Program-made: the position numbers and the translations under genes
Assembly: GCA_030704615.1 (NCBI GenBank)
Contig: CM060733.1
Location: 36,208,001 to 36,272,000 of the forward strand
From: Takakia lepidozioides
Taxonomy: Eukaryota > Plantae > Bryophyta
Direction of reading: 5' to 3'
Length of the DNA: 64,000 nt
Shown here: in pieces, positions 1-11,333 of the stretch
Numbering within the stretch: the stretch's first letter is position 1
Layout of the letters: the number at the start of each line of letters is the position of its first letter
The notes under the pieces: model-generated
Databases searched by the model: none
What the model saw: only the letters and a program-made list of their open reading frames with translations
Told to the model about the DNA's origin: nothing

Positions 1-65
1 TCAGATGTTGCGAACTACATCCTAACGAGAATTTGCAGAACAGCAGAGATCAAGATTCTGCATAC

Positions 66-3000
66 CTGTCCCACAGATGAGGTCCAGCACTGTGCCCTCC
101 ACGTCTGTGCATGTCTCCATAATTGTCTGAATGAAGGCAGGGCTCCGAGTCCGTGAGTACCGCAGGGGTTCCGTTGAAGTGAGGCTATGAGGGAGAAGTT
201 CCTTGGGAACGTTGTTGAACAGAACGTCGTAATCGAGTGGGTCGCAGTTCGGGTCAACCTTTCCTCCCTCCTTCCGGAAAGCAAAGGTGGAGTTTTCCTT
301 CACAAAGCAGTATGCATCGAACTGCTTCGTCTGCATACACAGGGGGAAAACGATTAGAAACCGAATGCGGCACCGCATTTGAAAGCACCCAAGCAAATGA
401 ATGGACGAGTGCCAGTGTCGTAATCACCTTCTTCCCTTCCGACCGAAGGCCCAGTGTGTTGATGCACGTCCACTTCTTTTTCAGAATCGGGACGGCGCTC
501 TTGCGGGTCCACTTCGCAATTCCTGTCTGAGTGTTTTTTCCTCTGCTCGCCAGGACAACCACACAGCCTCTGTCGTCCAACACCATGCGGGCAAGCCCGA
601 ATCCTTTCTTCCAAAAGTCCTCCGAGTACCTGTTCCAAGATGGCAAAGCTTGCAGTCCTTCCACAGGCTCTCCGTCCGGAATATCCAAGATGATCATATC
701 GCAAGACCACTCGGTGGCATTTCCGCCCCTCCTACAATCCTTGTCTGCACACACCCTCTCAAAGAACGAGACCATATTCTGAAATCCTGGGGTGTCGGAA
801 GGCTCTTCGGCAGTCGCCTTCTTCAGTGCTCTGCCCTTCAGACCCTCCATGGTCTTCATGTATGCCAACTTGGCTGCCCGTCCATCCAAAGCCGCCAAGA
901 AACTCTCATTTACACACTGGACTACTGTTTCGGGAGCCACTTTCGGCCTCTTCATTTCCACCGGCTCGAAAGGGTGCCCCCCTGGGGGGTTGAAGAGTGC
1001 CTTCTTTGCCGAGCCAGTTCTCGTGCCTCTCGTGACAACGGTGGGCACAGGGGAGGCAGCCTGCGTTTGGGGGGTGGGCTGGTTGCAAAGTCTCCATCGG
1101 AGTCCTCTTCCTCACCCTCTTCCTGAACAGGCTGTTTCTGCTTCTTCGTTTTGGCGGGTGTCACAACAGCTGCTCCTTGCTGGCGAGTCCTCTTCTTCGA
1201 CCCCTTCTGTTGGGCCTGCACAGCTGCATCCACCGTCTTTTGTGCCATCTCAGCTGCCTTTCTGGATTCTTCCAGAGCAGCAGATTCCTTTGCCGACTTT
1301 GGCCCAGCAGGGACACGTCTTTCCTTTCTCTTCTCTTCTGCCAAGGCGTGCAGATCTTTCTCAGACTCGTCAACAATACCGCCAGACATGTCCAGGTACC
1401 ACGGGCATCCAACGAGATGCGCGGGATGCCATTGTTTCTGCATCTCGGGTGTGTAGACACAGCTTGGGCCCGCCACGGTCCAAGCCATGAAGAACGGGGG
1501 CTCTTGAGCCAGGGCCCCTGTCTGAAGGAGCACGTATTTCATATACCTGCAAGGCAGTCAGCATGCGTGAGCAAAAGTTGAGACCAACCTACTGGCAGAG
1601 TGCCACCGAAAACATAAAATGCGAATGCGGTGCCGCATTTCCGAGACAAACCTCGTAACCAGGCTTCGCATACAAGGGCAGCTGTGCTTCACCTGTAAAC
1701 AATTCGCATTGCAGCTTTCCCCGCTCCCTCCTGATGTGTAAACTCCACGCTCCTTCTTGCTGTCTGTAGCTCTCTGGCGAAAAGGTTGTCCTTGTACGCA
1801 CATCTGAAACGTGTCACGTAGTCTTCCAATGTCTGTGTTCCATCCCATTTGACGTACAAGCCGAACGAATTTGTGTGCATTACGACTTGCTCCTTCGCAT
1901 TCGACATTACCTGCGATTCCCAAATGCATTGTCACGTAGCAGTTCAGGGAATTCATGTCAGAAAAGCAAATCTGGGGAAGTACCTTGAATTACCTGGAAC
2001 CACCAAGTCATACGGTTGAGCCACACATCCACTGCAGGGTCGGAAACTTCCAGTGGAAAAGACCACATTGTCCTTATGCTCTCGGATGCATTCCAGATCG
2101 ACAGCCACCGTGTCTGCCATTTCCGATCCAATGTCAGTGGCTGGAAGAGAGTGGCTATTGCTAGGAAGGAAATTCAGTGCATTGAAACCTCACCTTCTCT
2201 TTCGCCTCCACACATGCCGTTGAGAGGTGATGCAGTTTCTCCAATTGCATGGTCGGCTGCATGGCCCGAGAATAGTGTTTTGCAATCTCGGGGATGAAGT
2301 CCTTTCCAAGTGCCGGATCTGCAATTGCCACCAGCTTCACAAGCTTTGACTTGTATTTGGTTCTGGACTTGACACCGGCTTCCTTCAAGTGCTCAGTCAA
2401 TGACTGCAACGTTTTGACCTGCCCCTCACTTTCCATGAAGAAGCGTTTGGCATGGGCCAAATCCAGCTTGATGTTTGACTGCCAACAAAAACATGCAGAA
2501 GCGTTACATTCGATTCATGTGGAAACATTACTGGAAATTGGGGAAGGATGAGCAGAGGGAAATTGGAGCACGACTTACTTCGTATATCACCTCCACCATT
2601 CCATCCATAGTGAGACGATACCATGTCCGGTCTGTTTTTGCAACGGCTTTCTGAATGAGCTCAGGCTCCAGCATTTCCGCAAACATCTGCGGATCAGTAA
2701 GACCAGTTTTCCTCACCCTGTACAGCATATGTGCCATGTGGGTATGCACGTACGCATTCTCAGTGACCCTGCAAGGCACACTCTCCAGTTCAGTACACGG
2801 AAGCACGGAATCAAACCAGAATGGAAACCGAAATGCGGCACCGCATTTCGAATGTGCTAGGGAGGGTATGAGTATCTTACGAGTTGAGGTCCGCCATGGC
2901 ATTCTTGAGCAGGGAGGAGTCTGCCGCCTTCACCTTGAGGATGACACACTCCACCATGTAATGCCAGCCAATGTGCTTGGCATGGTTCTGCTTGATGTAC

Positions 3001-4316
3001 TCCCACCAGGCGAGAAGTCGGTGATTCCCGTCCCACACAAAGAACATTTTTCCCGACATATGGCCGAAGTCGGGATCACCCTTCAGCGTCGCCTCGAATT
3101 CGTGGTTGCGAGTGTGCCAGTGGGTATCCCACGTTGACAATTCATCGGCAGTGGGTCCACGGGTTTCGCCGTCCTCATTCTCTATGGAAACGTAAAACGC
3201 TGCCGATCCCAGACGGTACCCTTCTCGAAATGCGAACTTGAGCTTATCCACATCTCCGGGAAGGGCCTGCCTGACGATGGGAAGGGAGACCATGCGACAG
3301 AGTGGGATTCGAAGAGTCCGCTGGAATACCCTGCTGCCCAGAACTCTGCCAATGCTACTGTGTGTCTCCTCCAACATTTTATCCGCTGCACTTTTGAAAT
3401 CCTCCGGAGACATGTCTGTAGGTGCCGGTAGTGGCTGAGCAGCTGGAGCATCCTCAACTGGAGCTGCACTCTGGGGCCTGTGTGCGGGCAATTCTGCCAT
3501 TGCAGAGGCCTCCTCCGGGCCTGCTAGCTCATCGGTGGTGAGGTCTGCCTGCGAACGTTCAGCGGCAGCACCCTCCTCCGGTACCAAATCGAGATCAACG
3601 GTCGATCCCATTGCCTTCGCTGCAGCAGAGTCGGCCCCAACATCTGCAGGCGGGAAATCCTCCAGGAACTGAGCTTCAGCTCGTGGAAGCGGTTTTGCGG
3701 GAGATTGTTCGCCCGTCGCCCTGATTGCCTTCTGCTTCCTCATCCTTGCAGGTGAAGGTGTCTGCTGCAATAGAATCTGTCTTCTACCCTGCTGCTTCAT
3801 TCGCGTTGGGGGGGGTGAATCGGCCTGAGCCGGTTCAGAAGCCAGTAGAGGGACGGGCTGCTTCTTCTTCGACTTTGCTGGAGAAGGGCCCGACCCCTGC
3901 TGGCGATTCTCCATGATCGAAGAACGCGAGTCGATCTCTGAGACTTTGAACTTGCCCTTCGAAGACGCGTCTTTGAATCGCAGAGGGCTAGGCCCGGCAG
4001 GAATACCCGCGCTCGGGGATCGGGTGGGTGTACGTGCTGCAGCTAGCTCCTCGGACTCTTCCTGCGGCTCTTCGGATTCCTGCGATCCCTCCAGCACGTC
4101 CACCTTTCCTGTTAGGCATGCAAACATGTTCTGCATTCAAGTCTCCTAGCATTCAGTCTAAGAATTACAGAAGCAAAATGGGGGGTTCGGTGCTCGATCA
4201 GCTGCGCGCAGCCCGATCGCATGGAGCTCTCACTGGTGGCTGGGTTGCCTGAGTGGCCTGCTGCTCGGAGATGGCAATCTCCTCCTGTAGACGCATCTGC
4301 TTCCTCCCCTTCGGCA
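66..4316 (-). CDS. Spliced gene: ParB-like N-terminal domain fused to a beta-class amino-DNA methyltransferase-like domain; one apparent frameshift near 1050-1080; 3' end probably beyond the window
   Basis: ParB-type motif MFFVWDGNHRLLAW (~3005-3050) in the 419-aa ORF. Motif IV-like CDMIILDIPDG (~670-705) precedes YCFVK and RSPAFIQTIMETCTDVEGTVLDLICGTG (~65-150), resembling KPxxL...GDxVLDPFxGSG motif I; this IV-then-I order is the beta class. GT-AG-bounded exons approximately 2880-4108, 2579-2769, 2190-2479, ~1995-2160, 1692-1910, ~429-1546, ~66-330. The first exon and start codon are uncertain. Confidence 0.7.
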
Positions 4317-4752
4317 TTGGCCTACGTCCGAAGTATAATTTCCGGAGCTTGCGACGAGGTCTCCTGTCTGGTGCACGAACTCCCCCCCTCTCAGGTTCGA
4401 GCATAAGAAGAACAGAGAGAGGGAAAAGGGGCAAAGAGTGCAGATGGAAAGGGCGCGAGAGGGGTGACTGAGGAGACACGACAAAAGTAGATGAAACGGC
4501 GGTGATGCACCACTTGGGTTCGAAAGGTTGGACGAAAGTGTCTCCTCGTGGAGTTTGCGTCATTACGAAATTCGAATCGTTGAGGGTACGCCTGCCGTCC
4601 GAAAATCAAACATCATTATCCAACGGTCAGGCCGCGCCGCCTCATGCCCCTTCAGTCAGATAGAGTGCCGACATGTGCAGCAATTCCGTTGCTCCACGTG
4701 TTCACATTTCAAGGCATTTCCGTCCCAGCGTCTGATGAGTTGGAGCGAGAAT

Positions 4753-6455
4753 GCGAATGCGGCGCCGCATTTCCGTTAAGTACCATCACGAAGCTACACA
4801 TCCGTACTTGTTGGAAGAAAATGCGGCACCGCATTTCCGTTCCACCTTCACATACCTTAGTTGTTGAACGGAAATACGGTGCCGCATTTCCGTCCCACAG
4901 CTCCATGTATGAGATTCAGAAGGGAAATGCGGCGCCGCATTTCCGTTCCCACTTCACATACGTTAGTTGATGAATGGAAATGCCGTGCCACATTTCCGTT
5001 CGGGAAAGTATAGAGGTCTCACCTGGACAGAAATGCGGTGTCGCATTTCCGGTCTGGAAAGGTTGAAGGTCTCACATGGATGGAAATGCGGCAACACATT
5101 TCCGTAGCACAGCTCCAGGCCGAATATACAAAACGGAAATGCGGCGCCGCATTTCCGTTCGAGAATGTCGGAAGGTGCGACTCGAACGGAAATGCGGTGC
5201 CGCATTTCTGTACCCGTTGCGCACGATTTTCAGTCAGAATGGAAATGCGGTACCGCATTTCCGTTCTGTAGAGTATTAACGTCTGACGCTGGCGGAAATG
5301 CCTTCCCGCATTTTCGTTCCACAGCTCCATGCCTCACATACAAAACGGAAATGCGGTGCCGCATTTCCGTTTTGGAATGTCGGATGGTGGGACTCCGACG
5401 GAAATGCGGTACCGCATTTCAATTCCGATGTTTCAGGATATTTCATCAGAACGGAAATGCGGTGCCGCATTTCCCTTTTAAATCTAATACATTCCGTTCT
5501 GGAATGTTGGGAGGTGCGACTCGGATGGAAATGCGCTGCCGCATTTCAGTTCCGATGGTTCACGATTTTCAGTCAGAACGGAAATGCGGTACCGCATTTC
5601 CGTTCTGGAATGATGGTAGGTGCGACTCGGATGGAAATACGTTGCCGCATTTCAGTTCCGATGGTTCACGATTTTCAGTCAGAACGGAAATGCGGTGCCG
5701 CATTTCCGTTCTGGAATGATGGTAGGTGCGACTCGGATGGAAATACGGTGCCGCATTTCAGTTCCGAGGTTCACGATTTTCAGTCAGAACGGAAATGCGG
5801 TGCCGCATTTCCGTTCTGGATAGTGTGAATGTCTCAACCGGTCGGAATTGCGCTGTATGAAGCTGTCGGAATCTTACTCGGCTCCAGGCATCAGATACAA
5901 AATGGAAATGCGGCGCCGCATTTCCTTTATGGAATGTCGAAAAGTGCGACTCGGACGGAAATGCGGTGCCGCATTTCTGTTCCCGTTGTTCATAATTCTC
6001 AATCAGAACGGAAATGCGGTACCGCATTTCCGTTCCACCTTCACATACCGTGCTTGTTGAATGAAAATGCGGTACCGCATTTCCGTTCTCGAGAGTATGA
6101 ATGTCTTTTAAGGACGGAAATGTGCTGCAGCATTTCTATCCCTCAGCTCCATGCATCAGATACAAAATGGAAATGCGGCGCCGCATTTCCGTTCTGGAAT
6201 GTCGAAAAGTGCGACTCGGACGGAAATGCGGTGCCGCATTTCTGTTCCCGTTGTTCATAAATCTCAATCAGAACGGAAATGCGGTACCGCATTTCCGTTC
6301 CACCTTCACATACCGTGCTTGCTGGATGGAAATGCGTTACCGCATTTCCGTTCTGGAGAGTATAAAGGTTTCCCCGGACGGAAACTCGGTGCCGCATTTT
6401 CCGTCGCTCTGGTGCATGACCAAGATGCAATACGGAAATGCGGCGCCGTATTTCC
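4753..6455. repeat. Array of ~31 palindromes GGAAATGCGG-NN-CCGCATTTCC with ~31-bp variable linkers, 53-bp period
   Basis: Copies start at 4753, then 4817-5453 in exact 53-bp steps (13 copies), then 5527, 5580, 5633, 5686, 5739, 5791, a remnant at 5844, then 5904-6328 in 53-bp steps, 6380 and 6434. Confidence 0.97.
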
Positions 6456-6772
6456 GTCCACCAGCAATCGAAAGAATCACTCGGGACGGGAAATCTGGAA
6501 CCTGAATGGGTTGCATTGTTCCGAAACAACACAATTGCGGCCAGTCTTGATGAGCACAACTTGGTTGTCTGACCGTTTTAACCAGCAGTCCTGGCACTTG
6601 TCAGTGCGAACGTTCCTGTCTGCACCGAGAATACTGCTGGATCCACCCTCAGGAGAAACTGTCAGGAGATGTTATTTCGTCGCCGAATCGGCCATCATTG
6701 TCCTACTCACTGGCTATGGAATCAAACCTCCCACCTTCATGCATGTAGCTTGAAACAATACTTTCCACTTCA

Positions 6773-9700
6773 ATGTGCGACTTCCAATGTCGATGGACTC
6801 CGCAGATCCACTTAGATGGTGCCTGTGAGCCTTGGTCTGTCGCTATACTGAACCTCGCACTTGCCAACTCCGTGCGGTGTTCGATGGCTCCGAATTCCTA
6901 CGCTATAGTTTGCTGTCCTCCGCAACTTGGGAGAGCCTGGATCCCAAACGAGGGAGGACTTTGCAGAGTGACTGAAACTTACCTTTGTTCCAAATTCAAG
7001 CTCAAACCGGGCACAGTTTATTTGGAAGAAGAAAGGAAGGATGTTCCTGGACAGGTTGACGAGACCATTGTCGTGCTAGGTAACGACGGAGGTTGCGGAA
7101 TCGAATGGCACGTTCCCCCGTCAGACACCATCCTGTACCGAGCTGTGGGAATGCCCATTCCCTTTCCGAATCAGTCGCTGCCCACACCATCCACAAAGGA
7201 GTCCGGAAACCGAGAGGCGGCCACTGCCAACAGAGAGGTATGCAACGATAATCATTCCCGACCTGGACCGTCAAGACCCTCCATAGCTTCTCGTGTGGAC
7301 GTATTCGACATTTCCGACGAGGAAGATGATTGCATTGAGGTACCCATGTCCTCCACACGGTCGTTCAAATCCGGCATGGACGTCTCTGTAGGTGCTACGC
7401 ATGTGCCCTCGAGCATAACTCCAACCCGGTCCATTGTGCAGCTCCTACGACAACATCACCTCGATGGTTCTCGCTCCGAGCTGGCTGCTCTCGACTATGC
7501 CAAATTCCCAGTCAGAAAGGTAACTTTTCTGCCTCCCGAAGTCGATGGCAATGTCATCTTCGAGTTTCCACCTGTTTCTTCGTCAAACAAAGCCTCCGGG
7601 ATGTTAACAGACATGGATCGAAAGCATGACGGACACCCCTGGTGTGTGACGAAGACCAGTAGCACGAAAATTGCTGATGGTGTTCGTGTACGATATGTCC
7701 TCTGTGCGGGGAAGCTGAGGTGCCTCAATCCCACCTGCTTCCACTTTCTCTCCAAAGGAGGGCGGAGAAACGAGACGGATTGGACTGGCACAACGCATCA
7801 TCCATTCATTGTCTCCAGCCAAGCTCCTGCGGGTTCTTTCAAGTGTGCACATTGCAAAGAACCACCGACGTGCATGTCCATGTGCAGAGCCAAGCAATAT
7901 TACATAATCCATTTGCTCCCGGACTTGACTAGAGCTTGCATACACGTTGGGGTCCACTGCCACCCCTTGGCGAGAGGCAACATGCGTGAGGCTGTGCAGG
8001 AAGCACACGACATCATAAAAGAGGAGGTGAAATTGAGCCCCGGAGCCAGACCAAAGCAGATTCAGCTGAAGGCAGCCCACAAGATTGCTCTTGGCAAAAT
8101 CATGTCTGAAGATGGTTCCGACCGAGAGCCCTTGACCGAAGACGAGATGCGTGACCTCTTGGAGTCCGTCTCGCACGTTTGTAGTCCGAATGTGCGGAAT
8201 CACATCGTATCTTGCAAGCAGGAGTTCGGCAGGGGTCGGACATGTACTCAATCTGGAGGTGAAACGAATGACTGGATATGACTACATCCAAGGTAGCAGG
8301 TTTCCAGGGCAAGGCAGCGAATCCGATCGTTGTTACATTTTCAAAATGTCGACGTGTGGGCCTGGGAGTGGAGTCGACTTGGTCACTCGCATGACAACTG
8401 GAAACTTGTCGAATGCTTGGGTGATGTTTGATCACATCAAGCGAATTACAAACCATCAGTGGGTGACTATGGGTGCGCATGTTTATGACTATCACTCCAA
8501 GAGGCTCATGACGATTGCAATCTGCGAGATGAAAGGGGAGGACACACAGTCCGAGATGCATATGTGGGAGGGCATAAACCAGCAGATGGCAAGGGCGGGA
8601 TTGCCAGAGCCCAATTTCAGGGGATTCATGGCAGACAACGCTCAGGCCAACTGGGCAGCGGTGCGGCGTGTGTACGGTGAGGACCCCAATGTTCCAATGG
8701 AGGGGAAAGAGAGATCTTGTGGATTCCATTGGATGCAGAGTCTATCCCACTACACTACCAAATTTGTTGCTAGCTCATTCCAGGCTGAACACCGTGTCAT
8801 TTGTACGGCGTGGAAGGATGCACCCACATTTGATGATGCGGAGGTTAAGTTTGCTATCATCGAGGCTTGGTGGAACACGTCAGGTGCAGTGGAGACAACC
8901 AATCTGGGAGCATTGCACAGCTGGTTGGGGTGGTGGCATTTTCGGTATCGACAGTTCGGACAGTACATGCGGGAGGTAGGCTGCTGTCAATTTCGTTCAT
9001 TTGTCTTTCTGTTACGGACATTTCGATTGGTCCCTCACCATTGTTTGTGTCCTTCTAGGAGCGGTGCTTGGATTCCGACACGGACATGCCGAACACGAAT
9101 ATGGCAGAATCGGTCCACTCCTCCTGGCGAGCGTCTTCTGCCGCACATCTGGTGGACGTAGTGACGGCCACAACGGAGGACATCGACAGAGCAATCATGC
9201 AGCAAGCCACGTACTACAAGTTCATGAGCGGCAAACAATGGGGCTTTGGGCCGGACAGGGAGGAATTGTTGGTACGAACAGCTTCGAGGTCCAATAATCC
9301 AGTGAAATGGGCGACAGCATTGCGAGACAAGATCAAAGGGACGCCTCTGCACCGCAGAGGTGAACACCTAGAGGGGACGTCCGGACTCGCCCTGTCAGGC
9401 GGAGGATTGAAGAGGAACCCGGGTGCGAAGAGGATTCCTGGAGATCCGACAGGAACATTCGGACAGCACCTCGAGGTCCCGTCATGTTGCCGCACAATGT
9501 GTCTTCCAGCAGTGGAAGCCCAAGAAATTCCAGATCGCCGTCGCCTTCAACCGGGGATTTCGTGCAACAAATTCCCACCGCTCCCTTGCCCCACATTCCG
9601 CCCGCTGTTATGCAGTATGGCCAAGCCATTGTGGAGACGACTGTGTCTGCCTCACAGTGGAGAATTGCTCGCACAAAGCCGTCGTTTCGAGGAAGGTGTT

Positions 9701-10488
9701 CCGCAATTCGTGTGGATACACGGCAACGTTGTTTAGAGATGATAAGGAGGAATCCAGATGGGGCTGTCCCTGCTCCTACTTTTACAGGAAGATTTGTCCA
9801 TGCAAAGTTTGCGGAGGCGACAACCACCCAGTTCTGGTTCTGCAGGCACGACATTATGACTTGCGTGTATGGAAAGCCCAAGTACGGCATACAAACAATG
9901 CCAGAGGCTCCCCCGGTGTGGCCGGTGGAACCAGGCTGCGATCTGAGTCAGGTTGAGGCCGACGCCCTTACCGCCGCAGGATTTCGGATGGTGCAGCGCA
10001 CTGACGTCCCCAGACAACCATTTCCGCTTCCACAGCCTCCACCACCGACCCCTGTGAGAGCAAGAACAATGGGACACGACAGCTCTAAGCATCCTACACA
10101 CCGTTGGGGGAAACCGAAGAGGCGGCGACCTCCCTCAAAAGTGAACGAGACAAGGATGGGGAATGCACTTCGGATGAACTGTACAATCCAGAGCTCGACA
10201 GAAGTGCCCCCACCAGGATTCGGGCGTGTGTATCAAATGGCCACGGCGGGCTCAGCTGTTCGCAATGAGGTGTATACCATCACCATTTCAGAATTACCCA
10301 CCTGCAATTGCACCGACTTCCAGATCATGGCGAACAAGGGGGCATCATACTGCCCTTGCAAGCATTTGTACTACGTGTACCTAAAGAGACTCCGTTGTAA
10401 TTCCACAACTCATCACTTCATACATGCACCAGGGTTGAGCCCCCAGGAGGTTCACACTCTTCTGAATATGGATCCAGGGGACCAGTGA
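6773..10488 (+). CDS. MULE-family DDE transposase with N-terminal GCM-like zinc domain and C-terminal SWIM finger; frameshifted (~8230, ~9380), probably inactive
   Basis: GCM-like pattern HPW...CAGKLRCLNPTC...CAHC...C...GVHCHP (~7620-7970). Catalytic core VMFDHIKR / FMADNAQA / CGFH (MULE CxxH) / NMAESVHS. SWIM CNCTDF...CPCKHL (~10300-10370). One intron ~8976-9058 (GAG|gtaggc...ttctag|). Confidence 0.85.
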
Positions 10489-11068
10489 GCTTGGCTTGCG
10501 GTCCACATACAATGGTACGCCCATCCTTTTCGGATAGTAGAACTGTACTGCTGCCAGTACCTCAGACTCTGGCCACACAAAGGTCCGACATATGTCTTGC
10601 CTACCAGTAACCTGTTTTGCTCGAACTAAGATATTACTATATCGTTCACTTGTTTCCACGTGCATGTATTTTTGTATGTTGGAGGGTTCATGTTTTTCTG
10701 CTTTCCGAAAACTTGCTTTCCTCATTCGACCTCCGACAAGGAAATGCGGCGCCGCATTTCCAAGTATCGTCGTAGGTACCCCCAGAGGCGGCCTTCGCCA
10801 ACACCAAACCGCTCCGAAATTTCGCACGTGCGAACCCTAATGCGGCACCCTATTTCCCAGTTCAGTTGCAAACCTTTCCCGCCGAATACCCGAAGAAGAC
10901 AGAATTGTGAAGTACTGCAGACTGTATTGGTGCAGACTCCATTGGTTCAATCGCGGCAAAATGGTCAGCTTCATTCCAATGTTAAGGCATGTAAAACCGC
11001 GGAATACTCTATACAGGCCAGTATGCGACGTCCTTTTGCAGTGGTATACTGGATTTCCCGTTGTACGG

Positions 11069-11333
11069 TCACTTATTTCCATGAGCGGATCTAAAAAACC
11101 ATGAGCGGACTTGTTACTGACGACATATCTTCGCCGCATTACATGATCTGGAACGTCCAAAAACGGCAAGGTCAAATAAAAAACTATTATTTTAATACTT
11201 GTTTAATCTGCCGCATTTCCAAATTTGGAGGAGTCCGCTCATGAAATCCGCGTATCTTAGACTTCGGCTCACCGCTCATGCGGCTCATGCGGCTCATGGC
11301 TCATGGCTCATGGTTTCTGCTCATGAAATAGTA
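11069..11333. repeat. Terminal cluster of CATGAGC(GG) motifs bracketed by an imperfect inverted repeat
   Basis: ccatgagcgg at ~11079 and ~11099; ccgctcatg at ~11235 and ~11272, followed by tandem (gc)ggctcatg. tcacttatttccatgagc (11069) is roughly the reverse complement of gctcatgaaatagtaa (11319-11334). Confidence 0.75.

Larger units (their letters stand above)
1..11333. mobile_element. Large Mutator-like (MULE) DNA transposon carrying a ParB-methyltransferase gene and a palindrome array; left end lies outside the window
   Basis: Contains a MULE-type transposase and shares one palindromic motif across the region (~362 to ~11220). A CATGAGC(GG) repeat cluster at 11069-11333 is followed abruptly by mid-pol Gypsy sequence (KPLFRRPYRYSDMER), as expected for an insertion junction. 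TIR/TSD cannot be verified because the left end is not visible. Confidence 0.7.

Noticed and set aside
401-1490. Plus-strand ORFs of 241 and 232 aa
   Set aside because: Antisense shadows of the GC-rich minus-strand gene; no recognisable motifs.
1-4316. Bacterial or phage contamination suggested by ParB and MTase motifs
   Set aside because: The gene has GT-AG introns and is contiguous with a eukaryotic transposase, a Gypsy element and plant genes.
4753-6455. CRISPR array (palindromic repeat plus ~31-bp spacers)
   Set aside because: Eukaryotic intron-containing context with no cas genes. Linkers recur in higher-order blocks rather than being unique, the repeats are degenerate, and solo copies occur in introns.
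4528-6753. Many overlapping ORFs with MRCRIS/GNAAPHF/KCGAAF repeats
   Set aside because: Translation artefacts of the palindrome read in all six frames.
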